This document shows, one piece after another, positions 50,733-64,000 of a stretch of 64,000 bases of DNA. The position numbers and the translations under genes are program-made. Origin of the DNA: Leucoraja ocellata (lineage: Eukaryota); the NCBI GenBank assembly GCA_036785375.1, contig JAWMAR010000040.1, positions 6,324,001 through 6,388,000 on the forward strand. The letters are read 5' to 3'. Under the pieces are notes generated by a model that had not been told where the DNA came from, made no database searches, and was given only the letters and a program-made list of their open reading frames with translations. Position 1 is the stretch's first letter. Every line of letters begins with the position of its first letter.

Positions 50733-52372
50733 GTAAGGCAGGGGCCATTCTTTCCTTTGTCCACCTTTCCCAATGGGAATGAGGCTGCTGAAGAGGAATG
50801 CTGCCTGGATTAGAGAGTATTAGCTACAGGAAGAGTTTAGTTTGGAGATACAGCCTAGAAATAGGCCCTTCGGCCCTTCGAGTCTGTGCCGACCTGCGAT
50901 CCCAGCACACTAACACTGTCCTACACACTAGGGACAATTCACAATTCTACCAAGTCAATTAACCTACAAACCTGTACGTCTTTGGAGTGTTTGAGGAAAC
51001 TGGAGATCCCAATGAAAAGCCAAGCAGGTCATGGGGAGAACGTACAAACTCCATACAGACAAGACCCGTAGTCAGGATTGAACCCGGGTTTCTGACATAT
51101 TAAAATCTAAACATCACTGTGCCGCCCTGTATACTATTCTATGTTCAATGTTCTAAGGAGGATCCTGACCCAAAATGTCACCTATCCACATTCTCCAGGG
51201 ATGCTGCCTGACCTGCTGAGTTACTCCAGCATTTTGTATCTTTTTTTGTAAACCATAATCGACAATTCTTTGTGCCTCCATTGTACTGACTGCTGTACAG
51301 TCACTACTACATCAGAAGAGTTATAGGGATACAATCATGATTGCGATGTAAGTCATCGAGAAATATTTATGTCATTATCTTACCTGTTATACAGTCAGCA
51401 TGTACTTGGACATAACTCTTTGTCAAATTATTTATTGCTGCAGAGATAAATAAACTCTTCAAACTGACACTGGGCATCAGCAGCTCGCTTCATCTGGTGA
51501 AAGTGCTAACATGTGCTAACAGGATAACTCTTGTGGCACGCAATGTGAATATTATATCCAGTGCGCCCTACTTGAAGTGAGACTAGTCATGCCTATTGTT
51601 TATCAAGACAGAAAATAGACATAGTCATACAGCATGGAAACAGGCCCTTTGGCCCGACCTGCCCACACCAGCCAACATGCCCCATCTACACAATTGTTTA
51701 TCAAGACAAAATAAATAGTTTGCAAGGTTTGCTCAGGACATTGAGACAGGGAATTGGAACTGTCATGATCTCGTTCAATGGCAAGCTGGCTCAAAGGACC
51801 TTGTGATCTATCATTACGTCGATCCTGTGTCCTCTGGTCCTAGACTCTCCCACTCATGGAAACATCCTCCCCACTCTATCCAGGCTTAGTTTAGCTTAGA
51901 GATACAGAGAGGAAACAGGCCCTTCGGGCCACCTAGTACGCGCGAACCAGTGATCCTTGCAAATCAACACTATTCTACACGCACTAGGGAAAATGTTACA
52001 TTTACACCAAGCCAATTAACCTAGAGACCCGTACGTCTTTAGAGTGAGGGAGGAAATCAAAGATCCCAGAGAAAACCAACGCGGTCACGGGGATAGCGTA
52101 CAAACTCCGTACAGACAGCACCCGTAGTTGGGATCGAACCCGGGTCTCTGGTGCAGAAAGCGCTGTAAGGCAGCAACTCTACCATTGCACCACCATGATG
52201 CCCTATTCGCTATTTGCTATTCTTTCACTATTCGGTAGCTTTCATTGATTTGACGCTGTTTTACAGAAAATGAATGAGTGATTCTGAATATTTATTTAAG
52301 AATATATATTATAAACATTCAACCTCATCGTTGCTTCATTCACTGACTCGTGCAAGATTTCTCCTGTCCTAG

Positions 52373-52615
52373 CGATACATTTTCTACAAACATTCAAGAG
52401 AGGTGAAGCCTCCAGAAGACCTGCAAGATTTGGGAGTCAGATTCTTGCAGCCATTCGTGAACCTCCTATCCAAATGTACCTATTGGTGGATGAACAGATT
52501 CATAACAACAGCACATAGGAGACCTATTGACCTCAAAGCCATTGGCAAGCTGCCCTTTGCCATGAGAGCAATAACCAACTATGTACTCCTGAAGGATGCA
52601 TACGAAGCACAAAAG
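52373..52615 (+). CDS. ABCC8: SUR1 exon 5 (243 bp, L0 loop)
   Basis: [41 protein letters not shown]...DAYEAQK; cctAG / GTAGT. Confidence 0.95.
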
Positions 52616-54649
52616 GTAGTCTTCTCGTATATTTGCAATTGTTTAGTGCCATTTTCAGTGTTTTTAGAGTTTTGTTTATTGTCATGTGTACAGAAGTGCA
52701 GTGAAAAGCTTTTGGTGCATGCTAGCCAGTCAACGGAAAGACTATATATGATCACAATCGAGCCTTCCACAGTGTACAGTTACATGATAAAGGGAAATAA
52801 CGTGAATAATGTTTAGTGCAAGATCGTCCAGTAAAGTTCGATCAAAGATAGGCCAAGGGTCTCCATAGAGGTAGATAGGAGCTCATAACTGCTCTTTAGT
52901 TGTCGGTGGGATGGTACAGTTGCCTGATAAGAGCTAGTGCTGTGTTTCAGGTTTTGTTGATGAACCAAAGGGCAACTACTCTACAAATAGATAGAGTGAA
53001 TGCCCAGAGTCTTTTCCCCAGAGTTGGGAAGACCAGAGGACACCAAACCAGGGCAGCTGAACAGGTACATGGACAGGGAAGGATGGAGATGAGGAGGAAT
53101 TTATTTAGTCAGAGGGTGGTGAATCTGTGGAATTCATTTCCACAGACGATGGTGGAGGCCAAGTCATTGGGTATTTTTAAAGTTGAGATTGATAGGTTCT
53201 TGATTATTAAGCAGGTCAAAGGTTATGGGGAAAAGGCAGGAGAATGGGGGTTGAGAGCGAGAAAAGTAGATCAGCCATGACCGAATGGCAGAGCAGACTC
53301 GATGGGACGAATGGCCTAATCCTGCTCCTATGTCTTATGGTCTCATGATCGTGCTGGCACATCGAACTGCCCATTCCACAGGATGTAGAGCATCCAATTA
53401 ATCAATAATCAGATGAAAATATTCAACTGATTAATTGTAAATTCAATGAGTTTAGCTGTAACTTTACCGTGTTATTTTAGAAATCTGTATTTTATGGAGG
53501 TGAAGCATAATTTCTTCATCATGCAAATTGTAGGTTGTCTTCCCTTCAACAAATCAGTGTAATTTGCAGCATAATATGGTGAATGATTCATTCTTTCCAA
53601 ATCTGACCTTTGCTACCATTACCATCTGCTTTTGTCGTTGCTCTGTGTTGTGGAATAAAGGAGATATGGAAACCAAGAGAAAAACATATAATAACATGGC
53701 AGAAAATGGACAGTTCTCTGACCTGCATGGCTGCCAACTGTAGTGATATGTTGGCTTTACTAATGCAGACATTAGTGAAGAGAATCACGTTGAATAAATC
53801 ATAATCAATTAGTTTAGTTTTAGTTTAGGTTAGGGATACAGTGCGGGAACAGGCCCTTTGGCCCACTGAGTCCGTGCCGACCAGCAACAATCCGTACACT
53901 ACCACTATCCTACCCACTAGGGACAATTTACAATTCACAGAAGCCAATTAAACTACAAACCTGTACGTCTTTGGAGTGTGACCAGAGGACCTGGAGAAAA
54001 CCCACACATCATTGGGAGAACATACAAACTCCGTACAGACAGACAGCACCCATAGTCAGGATCGAACCGGCTCTGTAGGACAGCAACTCTCCCCTAAATC
54101 CAATTATTGGATGTTGATCAACAGAACTAATGGAGAGGAAAGGTTTAGAGGGATACGGACCAAATGTGGGCAAGTGGGACAAGCGTGGATGGGCTCATCT
54201 TGGTTGCAGGAAACCGGAGCACCCGGGGGAATACCACACGGTCGCAGGGAAAATGTACAAACTCCACACACAGTCAGCACCCCAGATCAGGTTTGAAGCC
54301 GGATCTCTGGCGCTGTGAGGCAGCGACTCTATCAGCTGTGCCATTGTACCACCCCTGTGATAGCAAACATGTGCTGCACACCACTTGTATTGTCTCCGTT
54401 CCTTCCCCTATTTCGACTTCCAATTATGGATTGCACTACAATATTTAAAAGATATTTGGACAGGCACATAGATAGGAACGGTTTAGTGGGATATGGGCCA
54501 ATCGCAGGCAGGTGGGACTAGTGTAGAAGAGGCATTATGGTGGACATGGACGAGTTGGGCCAAAGGGCCTGTTTCCGTGCTGTATGACTCAGTGGCGGTG
54601 AATATTTGCTGCAGATGCTCAGCTAAATGCGTTCTACTCCCTATTGCAG

Positions 54650-54838
54650 AAGAAAGCTCTGGTCGGGCTGCATGACACGAAGATGATCTGGCGGGTGTTA
54701 CGGCAGGCCTTTGGTCGCCCCATCATTCTCAGCAGCATCTTTCGCATCTTGGCCGACCTGCTGGGCTTTGCCGGACCTCTCTGCATCTCTGGGATTGTGC
54801 ACCACCTCAGCGACGAACATCAAGCCTTCCATCCACAG
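54650..54838 (+). CDS. ABCC8: SUR1 exon 6 (189 bp)
   Basis: KKALVGLHDTKMIWRVLRQAFGRPIILSSIFRILADLLGFAGPLCISGIVHHL...HPQ; gcAG / GTACG. Confidence 0.93.
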
Positions 54839-57172
54839 GTACGTAACAACACACTTCTGTCATCTAGTTTAGTTTAGTTTACTGATACGGCGTGGAAACA
54901 AGCTCTTCGGCCCATCGAGTCTGTGCCGACCACCGATCACCCGTACACAGATGATCTGCCATGATCATATTGAATGACGGTGCTAGCTCGAAGGGCCAAA
55001 TGGCCTACTCCTGCACCTATTGTCTATTGTCGACACTAGTTCTATCCAACACACTAGGGACAATTTACAGAAGCCAATTAACCTTCAAACCCACATGTCT
55101 TTGGAGTGTGGGAGGAAACCGGAGTATCTGGAGAAAACCCACATGGTCTCAGAGAGAGCGTACAAACAGTTTCAGTTCAGTGTATTGTCACATGAACCGA
55201 GTACAGTGGAAAGCTTTTGTTGCGTGCTATCCAGTCAGCGGAAAGACAATACATGATTACAATTGAGCCATTTACAGTGTATAGATACATGATAAGGGAA
55301 TAACGTTTAGGGCAAGATAAAGCCAGCAAAGTCCGATCAAAGATAGTCCGAGGGTAACCAATGAGGTAGACAGCATCCACAGTCAGGACCAAACCCAGGT
55401 CTCCGGTGCTGTGAGGCAGTAACTCTACCACTGCACCATTGTGTCATCCAGACACTTGGGCAGGTACATGGTTAGGAAAGGTTTAAAGAGATATGGTCCA
55501 ATTGAAATCATAATGTCATACAGCATGGAAACTGGCCTTACTAAAACTAAACTAAACGGCAGGTTGATTGGTAAAAATGAAAACAAAATAAACAATGAGC
55601 TTCTAAGTTAAAAGTTATTCCAGAAAACAAATCTAGACTTGAAATTACTTGCCAGTGTGTCTGAGGCCATGTGGACATTGAACAGTACAGCACAGGCCCT
55701 TCGACCTATAACGTCTGTGCTAAACATGATGCTAAATTGAACGAATCTCCTCTATGATCCATGTCCCTCCATTCCCTGCATATCCATGTCCGTATCTTAA
55801 AGCTTCTTAAAACGCCACTATCAAGTCTGCTTTCAACAACATTGCTGGCAGTGCGTTCCAGTCCCCCATCAGCCTCGGTGTAGAAAAAATTGCTCCACAT
55901 CTGTCCTTTAAACTTTACCCCTTCTCCTTAAAGCTCTGCCCTCCTGTAAGTTGTAATTTTGATCATCTATTAATAATCCCCATGTATTTATTCCTTGGGA
56001 GGGCACCTGACAGTGCACAAGATCTATCACTTGTGCTTCAGAAATGGAATGGATTGAGTGTCACACATTCCTGGTTACGTATCCTGTCCTGGCAGGTTTA
56101 TTTTAATGAGGACTATTCCAAGCAACCACAAATTATCCTTGAGACACAAGTTTAGTTTAGTTTAGTTTGGTTTTATTGTCACCTATACCGAGGCACAGTG
56201 AAAAGCTTTTTGTTGCGTGCTACCATGTCAGCGAAAAGACTGTACATGATCACATTATCCACAGTGTACAGATACTGGAACTGTAGATGCTGGAATCTTG
56301 AGTAAAACAAAAAGTGCTGCAACTCAGCGGGTCAGGCAGCATTTAAAGAGACATGAGCTAAATTCGGCCAAATGGGACCAATTTAAATGGAGCATATTGG
56401 TCAGAGTGATATATTGGGCTGAAGGGCCTGTTTTCATGCTGTTTGACTCTTTGAATGCATTGCTTTAAACAGTACCATTTCCATGGTGGAAAAGTCAAAG
56501 ACTAGAGAGCAAAGCTTTAAGGTGAAGGGGGCAAAGTTTAAAGGAGGTGTACGGGGCAAGTTTTTTTTTTTACAAAGAGAGCCGTGAGTGCCTGGAACGC
56601 ACTACCAGGAGTGGTAGTGGAGGCAGATATGATCGTGTCGTCCAATAAGGTTTTAGATAAGCACATGGATATGCAGAGAATGAAGGGATATGGATCACGT
56701 GCAGGCAGAGCAGATTAATTCACCTTGGCATCATGTGGGCAGAAGGGACTGTTCCTGTGTTGTATTATGTTCCATCGGTGAAGGAATGGATAGGTAACAT
56801 TTAGGGTCAGGTCCCTTCTTCGACTTTATCGATGTAAATTAAACTATCTTTGTTTTCATTTAACCGCATCCTTCATAAACTGGATTTGCTTTCCCGATAT
56901 AATCTTTGCCCACTCTGTTTTGCGTACTAACCACAGTATTTGATTAACATTGGAGCACTAAACATTGCCATAACATATAACAATGAGCCTGAAGAAGGGT
57001 ACCAACTAGAAATGTCACCCATTCCTTCTATCCAGAGATGCTGCCTGTCCCACAGAGTTAAGCAAGCAAATGATGTCTCTAATTCAATTGTGTTTTGTAA
57101 ATGTTGTCAAGAAATTATAGTTTGTACAATACATTACTGCTGGAATTAACAGAGCACTCTTGGTCTCTACAG

Positions 57173-57337
57173 GTCCAAATGCTGGGAGTTTATTTCATTT
57201 CCTCACAGGAGTTTCTATCCAATGCCTATGTGATCGCAGTTCTATTATTCCTCGCTCTCCTTTTACAAAGGACATTTCTTCAGGCGTCTTACTACGTTGC
57301 CATAGAAACTGGAATCAACCTACGAGGAGCAATTGAG
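57173..57337 (+). CDS. ABCC8: SUR1 exon 7 (165 bp)
   Basis: [55 protein letters not shown]; acAG / GTACT. Confidence 0.95.
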
Positions 57338-58076
57338 GTACTGGAGTTTTGTATGTTTAGTTCCAGTCATAGTCTTTAGAGTTTAGAGATACAATGCGGA
57401 AACAGGCCCTTCGGTCCACCGAGTCCATGTCGACCAGCGATCACCCCGTACACTACCACTATCCTATACATTAGAGACACGTTTAAAATTTTACCGAAGC
57501 AAATTAGCCTACAAACCTGTGTGCCTTTGGAGTGTGGGAGGAAACCGGAGCACCCGGAGAAAACCCATGCGGTCACAGGGAGAACATACAAACTCCGTAC
57601 AAACAGCACCTATAGTCAAGATCGAAACCAGGTCTCTAGTGAGGCAGCATCTCTACCGCTGTGCCACTGTGCCGCCTTGTCATTCACCACAGATACAGGC
57701 CCGTGATGTGCAGGGAATGGAGGCATATGGATTATGTGCAGGCAGATAAGAGTTGGAATTGGTATAATGTTCAGCACAGACATTGTGGTACGAAGGGCCT
57801 GTTCCTGTGCTGTACTGTTCCATGTTCTATGTTCTAATGGATGGAATCAGGGTCAGGAACTCAATGCAAGATGGTGGTTGAGTGACACGTGTTTGACTTG
57901 ATAAGTTAAGTGCTTTCATATGGTTCAATATTCCTTCCAATTCCTAACATCCAGTCACTCTTACTGGCATTACTCCTGTTGAAATACATGATGAAAATAA
58001 ATGAATACTTCCTATGAAAGATTTTCATGACAGTTTTCATAACGCAACTACATTTCTTAATTTTTTTCTCTCCCAG

Positions 58077-58232
58077 ACCAAGATCTACAATAAGATCCTT
58101 CGATTGTCCACATCCAACATGTCCATGGGGGAGCTGACCGTGGGGCAGATATGTAACCTGGTCGCCATCGACACCAACCAGCTGATGTGGTTCTTCTTTC
58201 TCTCCCCCAACCTCTGGGCCATGCCCGTGCAG
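58077..58232 (+). CDS. ABCC8: SUR1 exon 8 (156 bp); gene continues beyond the window
   Basis: [52 protein letters not shown]; cccAG / GTAAC. Confidence 0.95.
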
Positions 58233-58412
58233 GTAACTTGACGGGGCGTTGATGCGAAACCTCTTAAGCAAAGTCACCGTGACTTTAGTGGTGACTTTCA
58301 CACCGATGACCTGACAAGTCAAGAGAGTCAAGAATCAAATGTGTTTTATTGTCATTCGTCCCGAAACGGAACCATTAAATTCGTACTTGGAGAATATCTA
58401 AATAAATAGAAT

Positions 58413-58464
<52 letters not shown>

Positions 58465-58465
58465 G
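58413..58465 (+). repeat. (CAGA)n microsatellite
   Basis: About 12 units. Confidence 0.95.
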
Positions 58466-60157
58466 ACTATGATTAAAAGGAAGTTGAGTGTATACATACT
58501 GTACAGTATATGACAAACAGTTGTAGTGTAAAGACAAAATTAGTGCCCCTAAATCTATGCAGTTCAAAGCTTAATTGTAGGTTGTAGTGTTTAATAGCCT
58601 AATGGTTGTAGGGAAGAAGCTGCTCCTGAATCTGGAAGTTACAATTTTCAGGCTCCCGTACCTTGTTCCCGATGGCAGGAGTGAAATTAGAGTGTGGCCA
58701 GGGTGGTGTGGTTCCCTGATGATGCTGGCTGTCTTTTTAAGTTAGCGACTCTGATAGATCCCTTCGATGGTGGGGAGGTCAGTATCCGTGATGGACCGGG
58801 CAATGTTCACCATTTATTGTCTCCTGGAAATTGAGTCTTACCTGCATTACATTAACATATTCATTTCAGAGTCATACGGCACGGAAACAGGTTGTTCGGC
58901 TCACCGAGTTCATGGCCGACCATGGATCACCCATTCACTCTAGTTCCATGTTATCCCACTCTCTCATGTTATCCCACTGTATGCACCAGGGGCAGTTAAC
59001 CGAGGCAAATTAACCTCCAAATCTGCATGTTTTTGGGACGTGGAAGGAAACCGGAACACCCGGAGGAAACCCACACAGTCACAGAGAGAACGTTCAAAAA
59101 CTCCACACAAACAGCATCCAAGATCAGGATCGAACCTGGGTCTCTGGTGCTGTGAGGCAGTGGCTCTACCAGCTGCGCCACTGTGCCGCTGCTCAGTGCA
59201 TTGCACAGTCTCGGATATAGGAGACAAGGTAGCATGTTAGAAGAACATCTCTAGAGTTTCTATATGGAACAACAGGTCACAGGTGAGTTTGTTGTAGTGC
59301 AGCAGTTTCCACTCAAAAATAAACCCAAATAGGATATCCCTTCTCAACATCAAAAGGATCTGAATCAGACACTAAACTAACAAACAAAGTAGGTTTGCTT
59401 TGTATCACTTGCCAGGCCTTGTTTCGTCCTCACCTCTCCTCTCCAGTCCCCCCCCCCCCCCCCCCACATCACCACTCCGCCAGACTGAAAACGGGGCCCA
59501 GCCAGAAACAGCCCATTGTCCATTCCCTCCACAGATGCTGCATGACCTGTTGAGTTCCACCAGAACTTTGTGTTTTACAAAACTAAGTAATGTTCATGTT
59601 TTCTCTCCAACCTTGATTTAAGTTGGGGGGAAAAAGCATCACAATATGTTTTTTTATGAACATTAATTTTTCCAATTAATGTCACAATAATTTCATCCAT
59701 TTAACTCTAAGCACCGGTTGCGGCACGGTGGCGTAGCGATACACCTGCTGCCTTGCAGCGTCAGAGATCCTGTCTACAGTTGCGGCTATACAGTCCCCAT
59801 GAGCTGCGTGGGTTTTCAACGAGATCTTCGGTTTCCTTCCACACTCCAAAAACATACAGCTTTGTAGGTTGATTGGCTTGGTGTAAATGTAAAATTGTGC
59901 CTAGTGTGTGTAGGATAGTGTTAATGTGCAGGGATCATTGCTCAGAGCTGACTCAGTGGGCCGAAAGGCCTGTATTCGCACTGTGTCTCTCAACTAAACT
60001 AAACTAAAACACAAGATTGTCACAGATGTTCACTTTGACAACAATGGCGATGCATTTAAGAGGCTTTTAAGAGACTTTTAGATAGACACATTGAAGTGCA
60101 GGGAATGGCGGGATATGGATCAAGTACAGGCAAATGAGATTAATTTAACCTGGCATC

Positions 60158-61078
60158 AGAATTCCTCCTCATAGGCTCCAAAGCCACACTCAGCAAAATC
60201 AATAACCCCACTCTCACCATCGACGGCACCACTGTCTCCCCATCTCCTCAGGCCCGCAACCTTGGCGTGATCTTTGATTCCACCCTCTCCCTCGAGCCTC
60301 ACATCCGCCATGTCATTAAAACCTCCTTCTTCCATCTCCGCAACATCGCCAAACTCAGACCCTCTCTCACACCGCCCGCTGCTGAAAGACTCATCCATGC
60401 CTTCATCTCCTCCCGACTGGACTATTGCAACTCACTTCTCCTTGGCATCAGCTCCACCTACATCAACCGACTCCAACTGGTCCAGAACGCAGCCGCCCGA
60501 CTCATCACCCATACCAAATCCTGGCATCACATCACTCCAGTCCTCAAACAACTTCACTGGCTTCCCATCTCCCACCGGATCACCTGCAAAATCCTGATCC
60601 TCACCTACAAAGCCCTCCATGATCTGGCCCTCCCATATCTCACTGACCTCCTCTCCCCCTACCAACCCTCACGGTCCCTCAGATCCACATCAGCTGGTCT
60701 CCTCTCCATGCACAAGTCCAACCTCCGCAGTTTTGGGGACAGAGCCTTCTTCAGGGCAGCTCCCAGGCTCTGGAACTCCCTCCCCCAACTGATCCGCAAT
60801 TCCGTGTCCCTCACCATCTTCCAGTCCCGCCTCAAGACCCATCTCTTCACCTCTGCCTATCCTTAGCCCCACGTGCCGTCCCTTTTCATCTGTGCATTAA
60901 TTGCCTCATACTGTGTTTTGTATTGAATTCTGTATTTACTTTGTGTACTAGTCATGTCTCTACTATTTATTTCATTCCCCTTACATGTTTTTCCTCTACC
61001 TGCTAAATTTTTGTAAGGTGTCCTTGAGACTCTTGAGAGACGCCCATAAATAAAATGTATTATTATTATTATTATTAT
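60158..61078 (+). mobile_element. Young 5'-truncated L2-clade LINE with (TAT)n tail
   Basis: Uninterrupted ORF2 C-terminus ARNLGVIFDSTLSLEPHI...FFHLRNIAKLRP...HAFISSRLDYCNSLL...LHWLP...GDRAF..AAPRLWNSLP; AATAAA then (tat)n. Confidence 0.9.
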
Positions 61079-62369
61079 CATGTTTGGCATGGACATTATG
61101 GGCCAAAGGGCCTGTTCCCGTGCTGTACTCTACTCACTGCCATGTTCTACTCACTATTTGTGTTCTGGCAACGTTTTGATAATAGGGGGATTAAAATCAG
61201 AATGAAAGCTTGGCGTTCGTTTGTATTCCTGCAGGATTGCTTGTAGGTAGTGGCTCTGACTAAAACAGATGCATGATATTTACTGGGGTTGGCACTATGG
61301 CATCATCTATTACACATGATTTCCATCTTCATCGTATGTTGTTCTACTTCAAATCTCCAAGGACGTAAGTAATTTTCCAAATATAGAGCCTCCCTGCTTG
61401 ACGTCTCCAGTTTATTGCCAAAATAGTGTTGATTAGTGGGACTGGATGGTACAATCCCTAAGGTTCTTCACCACAACTGAAATTCTTGGGGGTGACCACT
61501 AGGTGATTTTGCTACCAATCAGACACATCTTCAGTTGTGTACCTCAACATCACTGGGCATTTCGGCCTTTTATCATAAGACACCGTCAGATGAGGTTGGC
61601 CCACCGCAGGGTGATCAGACCTGGGTGTGTGTCTTATGGTTAGCCTCTAGATGGTCACGTGGCAGCCCAGACAGCATCTTTTCTCTTCAGTCACAGCCAG
61701 TGACTGCTCCATTCTGCTTTTTTCCTTCCATCTTCCTCTCTACCGCTGACTGTGGCTGGTTGGGCTCTGGACTCGTGTCATTTAACATTTGGGAATAGAG
61801 CATGACCTTGGGTGCTGTCTGTGTGGAGTCCACGCTGATCACCCGTTCACACCAGTTCCATGTTATCCCACTTCCTCATCCACTCCCTACACACAGGCGC
61901 CGGGCACTAGGTTCTTACAGAGGCTCAATTAACCTACAAATCCGCTCGTCTTTGGGATGTGGGAGGAAATCTGATCACCATGAGGAAACCGTCACAGGGA
62001 GAACACAAAAATTACACACACACAGACAGCACCCGTAGTCTAACCCAGGTCTCTGACAGTATGAGGCAGTGGCTCTACTAGCTGCGCCACTGTGCCACCC
62101 TTCAAATAGACATTTCTAATCTCCTTTTGGACTTTTATATAGCGATAAGATTTGCTAATTTAGTTTAGTTTATTATTGTCACGTGTACCAAGGAACTGTC
62201 CGTGGAATGCGTGTGCTGGTTGATTGTGCAGTATGTGTGTTGCTTATGTTTGTTCATTGTGTCCCTTTTTAAAAAGCCACTGTAATGCGCCCTTTAAAAT
62301 TGCCCCTCGGGGACGAATAAAGTGCTTTGAAATTGAAAATTGAAAAAATTCAAAATTGGGACAGTGGGA

Positions 62370-62990
62370 AGCTTTTTGTGCTAACCAGCCAGCGGATACA
62401 CAATACATGATTACAATCGAGTCGTTCACAGTATACAGATAAAGAGTGCAAGGTAAAGTCCAGTAAAATCAGATTAAAGATAGTCTATGTGTCTCCATTG
62501 AGGTAAATAATAGCTGAGGGCAGCTCTCAGGTTGGTGATAGGATGGTTCAGTTGCCTGAAAACTGTTGAGAAGAAACTGTCCTTGAATCTGGAGGTCTGC
62601 ATTTTCACACTTCTGTACCTCTTGTCTGATGGGAGAGGGGAGAAGAGGGTGAGACACATCCTCGGTTATGCTGGCAGCCTTGTCGAGGTTGCGTGAAGTA
62701 TAGATGTAGTCAATGGAAGGGAGACACAAAGTGTTTGGAGAAACTCAGCGGATCAAGCGGCATCTCTGAAGAAATGGAATGGGTGATGCTTCGGGTCTTC
62801 CACAAACTGAGTTGATTGTTTTGTGTGATGGTTTAGGCTACGTCCACAATTCACTGCAATTTCTTGCGGGCTTGGACGGAGCTGTTCCCAAACCGTGCTG
62901 TAATGCATCCTGATATAATGCTTTCCACGGTACATCTGTAGAAGTTGATGAGAGTTGTTAGGGACATGCTGAAGTTCCTAAGCCTTGTGG
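62370..62990 (-). mobile_element. Rex1/Babar-type LINE 3' fragment interrupted by a Penelope terminal-repeat piece
   Basis: RLRNFSMSLTTLINFYRCTVESIISGCITARFGNSS; HPL..PLPSDKRYRSVK..TSRFKDSFF. Confidence 0.7.
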
Positions 62991-64000
62991 ACATGCCAGT
63001 ATTATGTTCTGATACCATGTGATTGGAAATGTTTGAGATATGAGCTCCACTCCGGATGAGAGGCAGCGGGTGACATTTAATAGGCACTCCAGTGCAACAG
63101 GCACTTCAGAGATTCCAAAGGCCCAGGAAAGAATCCGTAAAATGGTGCCAGAATTCCAACACCAGACCACTCCGGAAACTGATAAGCAGCATGCATTTGG
63201 ACTCCTCAGTCTATGTGGGTTGTGTTATCTGGCCCGTAGCTACTCTGCACAAACCGTGAGAGGCTGGTATCCATCAGGGCAAAAGGTTAAAGCTGTGCAT
63301 GCTGCCCCTTAAGTACCTGTTTGTGAGGCCACTTTTAACTTTAGCTATGTTTATTTGAACTGTGCAACTGCCAGCGCATTCGTTCTCAACCACGATGCTA
63401 ATTATAGAGTCATACAGCATGGAAATAGGCCCTTCAGCCCATCTTGCCCATGCCAACCAACATTCCCCATCCACCGAAGATAGGCACAAAATGCTGCAGC
63501 TCATTCCATATACCCACCCCTTTGTGGGAAAGTTGTCCCTCAGGTATCTATTACATCTTTCCCTACTCACCTTAAACCTATGTCATATCGTGAGAGGAAC
63601 ATACAACACAGAAAATAGACCCTTTGGCCCAACTTGCCCACACCAACCAACATGACCCATCTACACTAGTCCCACCTGCCCACGTTTGGCCTATATCCAT
63701 CCTTAATGTCCAATGCATGTACCTGTTCAAGTATCTTTCAAATGTTGCTAACTTGCCACAACTGCCTCCTCTGACAGCTCATTCCATACACCCAACACCA
63801 ACTGTGTGAAATGGTTGCTCCTCGGGTTTCTATTAAATATTTCCCCTAATGACTTTAAACCTATGCCCTCTGGTGCTTGATCCCCTTACCCTGGGTAAAA
63901 GGCTAATTAAGTCCATGGCTAATTTCTGAGGCATCCTGAGGATTAGCTGTGAATGATTGGTTGATTAAAATAAACCCTGACGCTATATGTGAAGAGTGTT

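Noticed and set aside
58233-64000. ABCC8 exon 9 (IIVGVILLYY...)
   Set aside because: Not found by eye; presumably lies beyond the window.

Overview
Eukaryotic, intron-rich vertebrate DNA, most likely a cartilaginous fish (skate/ray/shark). That assignment is inferred from abundant V-SINE/HE1-like SINEs, CR1, L2, Rex1 and Penelope repeats. It is the K-ATP channel locus. On the + strand the window starts with the 3' end of a sulfonylurea-receptor gene carrying two alternative terminal coding exons: 715-849 (SUR2A-like 'HRVS') and 1051-1188 (SUR1/SUR2B-like 'HRVH...ADK'). Next is a GC-rich KCNJ11/Kir6.2 with an intronless CDS (4046-5288) and two 1-bp frameshifts in homopolymers. On the - strand are three Ig C1-type exons (24072-19232) of a convergent, apparently secreted Ig-superfamily gene at the position where NCR3LG1/B7-H6 lies in human; a 200-N scaffold gap (24073-24272) truncates it. 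After the gap, exons 1-8 of ABCC8/SUR1 (37434-58232, 444 codons, human-like exon sizes) start again on the + strand, so the locus is either a tandem SUR duplication or a contig mis-ordering. The rest is transposon-derived: a degraded Penelope-like element, many hammerhead-ribozyme-bearing terminal repeats, Harbinger-like and hAT-like MITEs, and microsatellites. Repeat coordinates are approximate and family names come from recognition, not database search.
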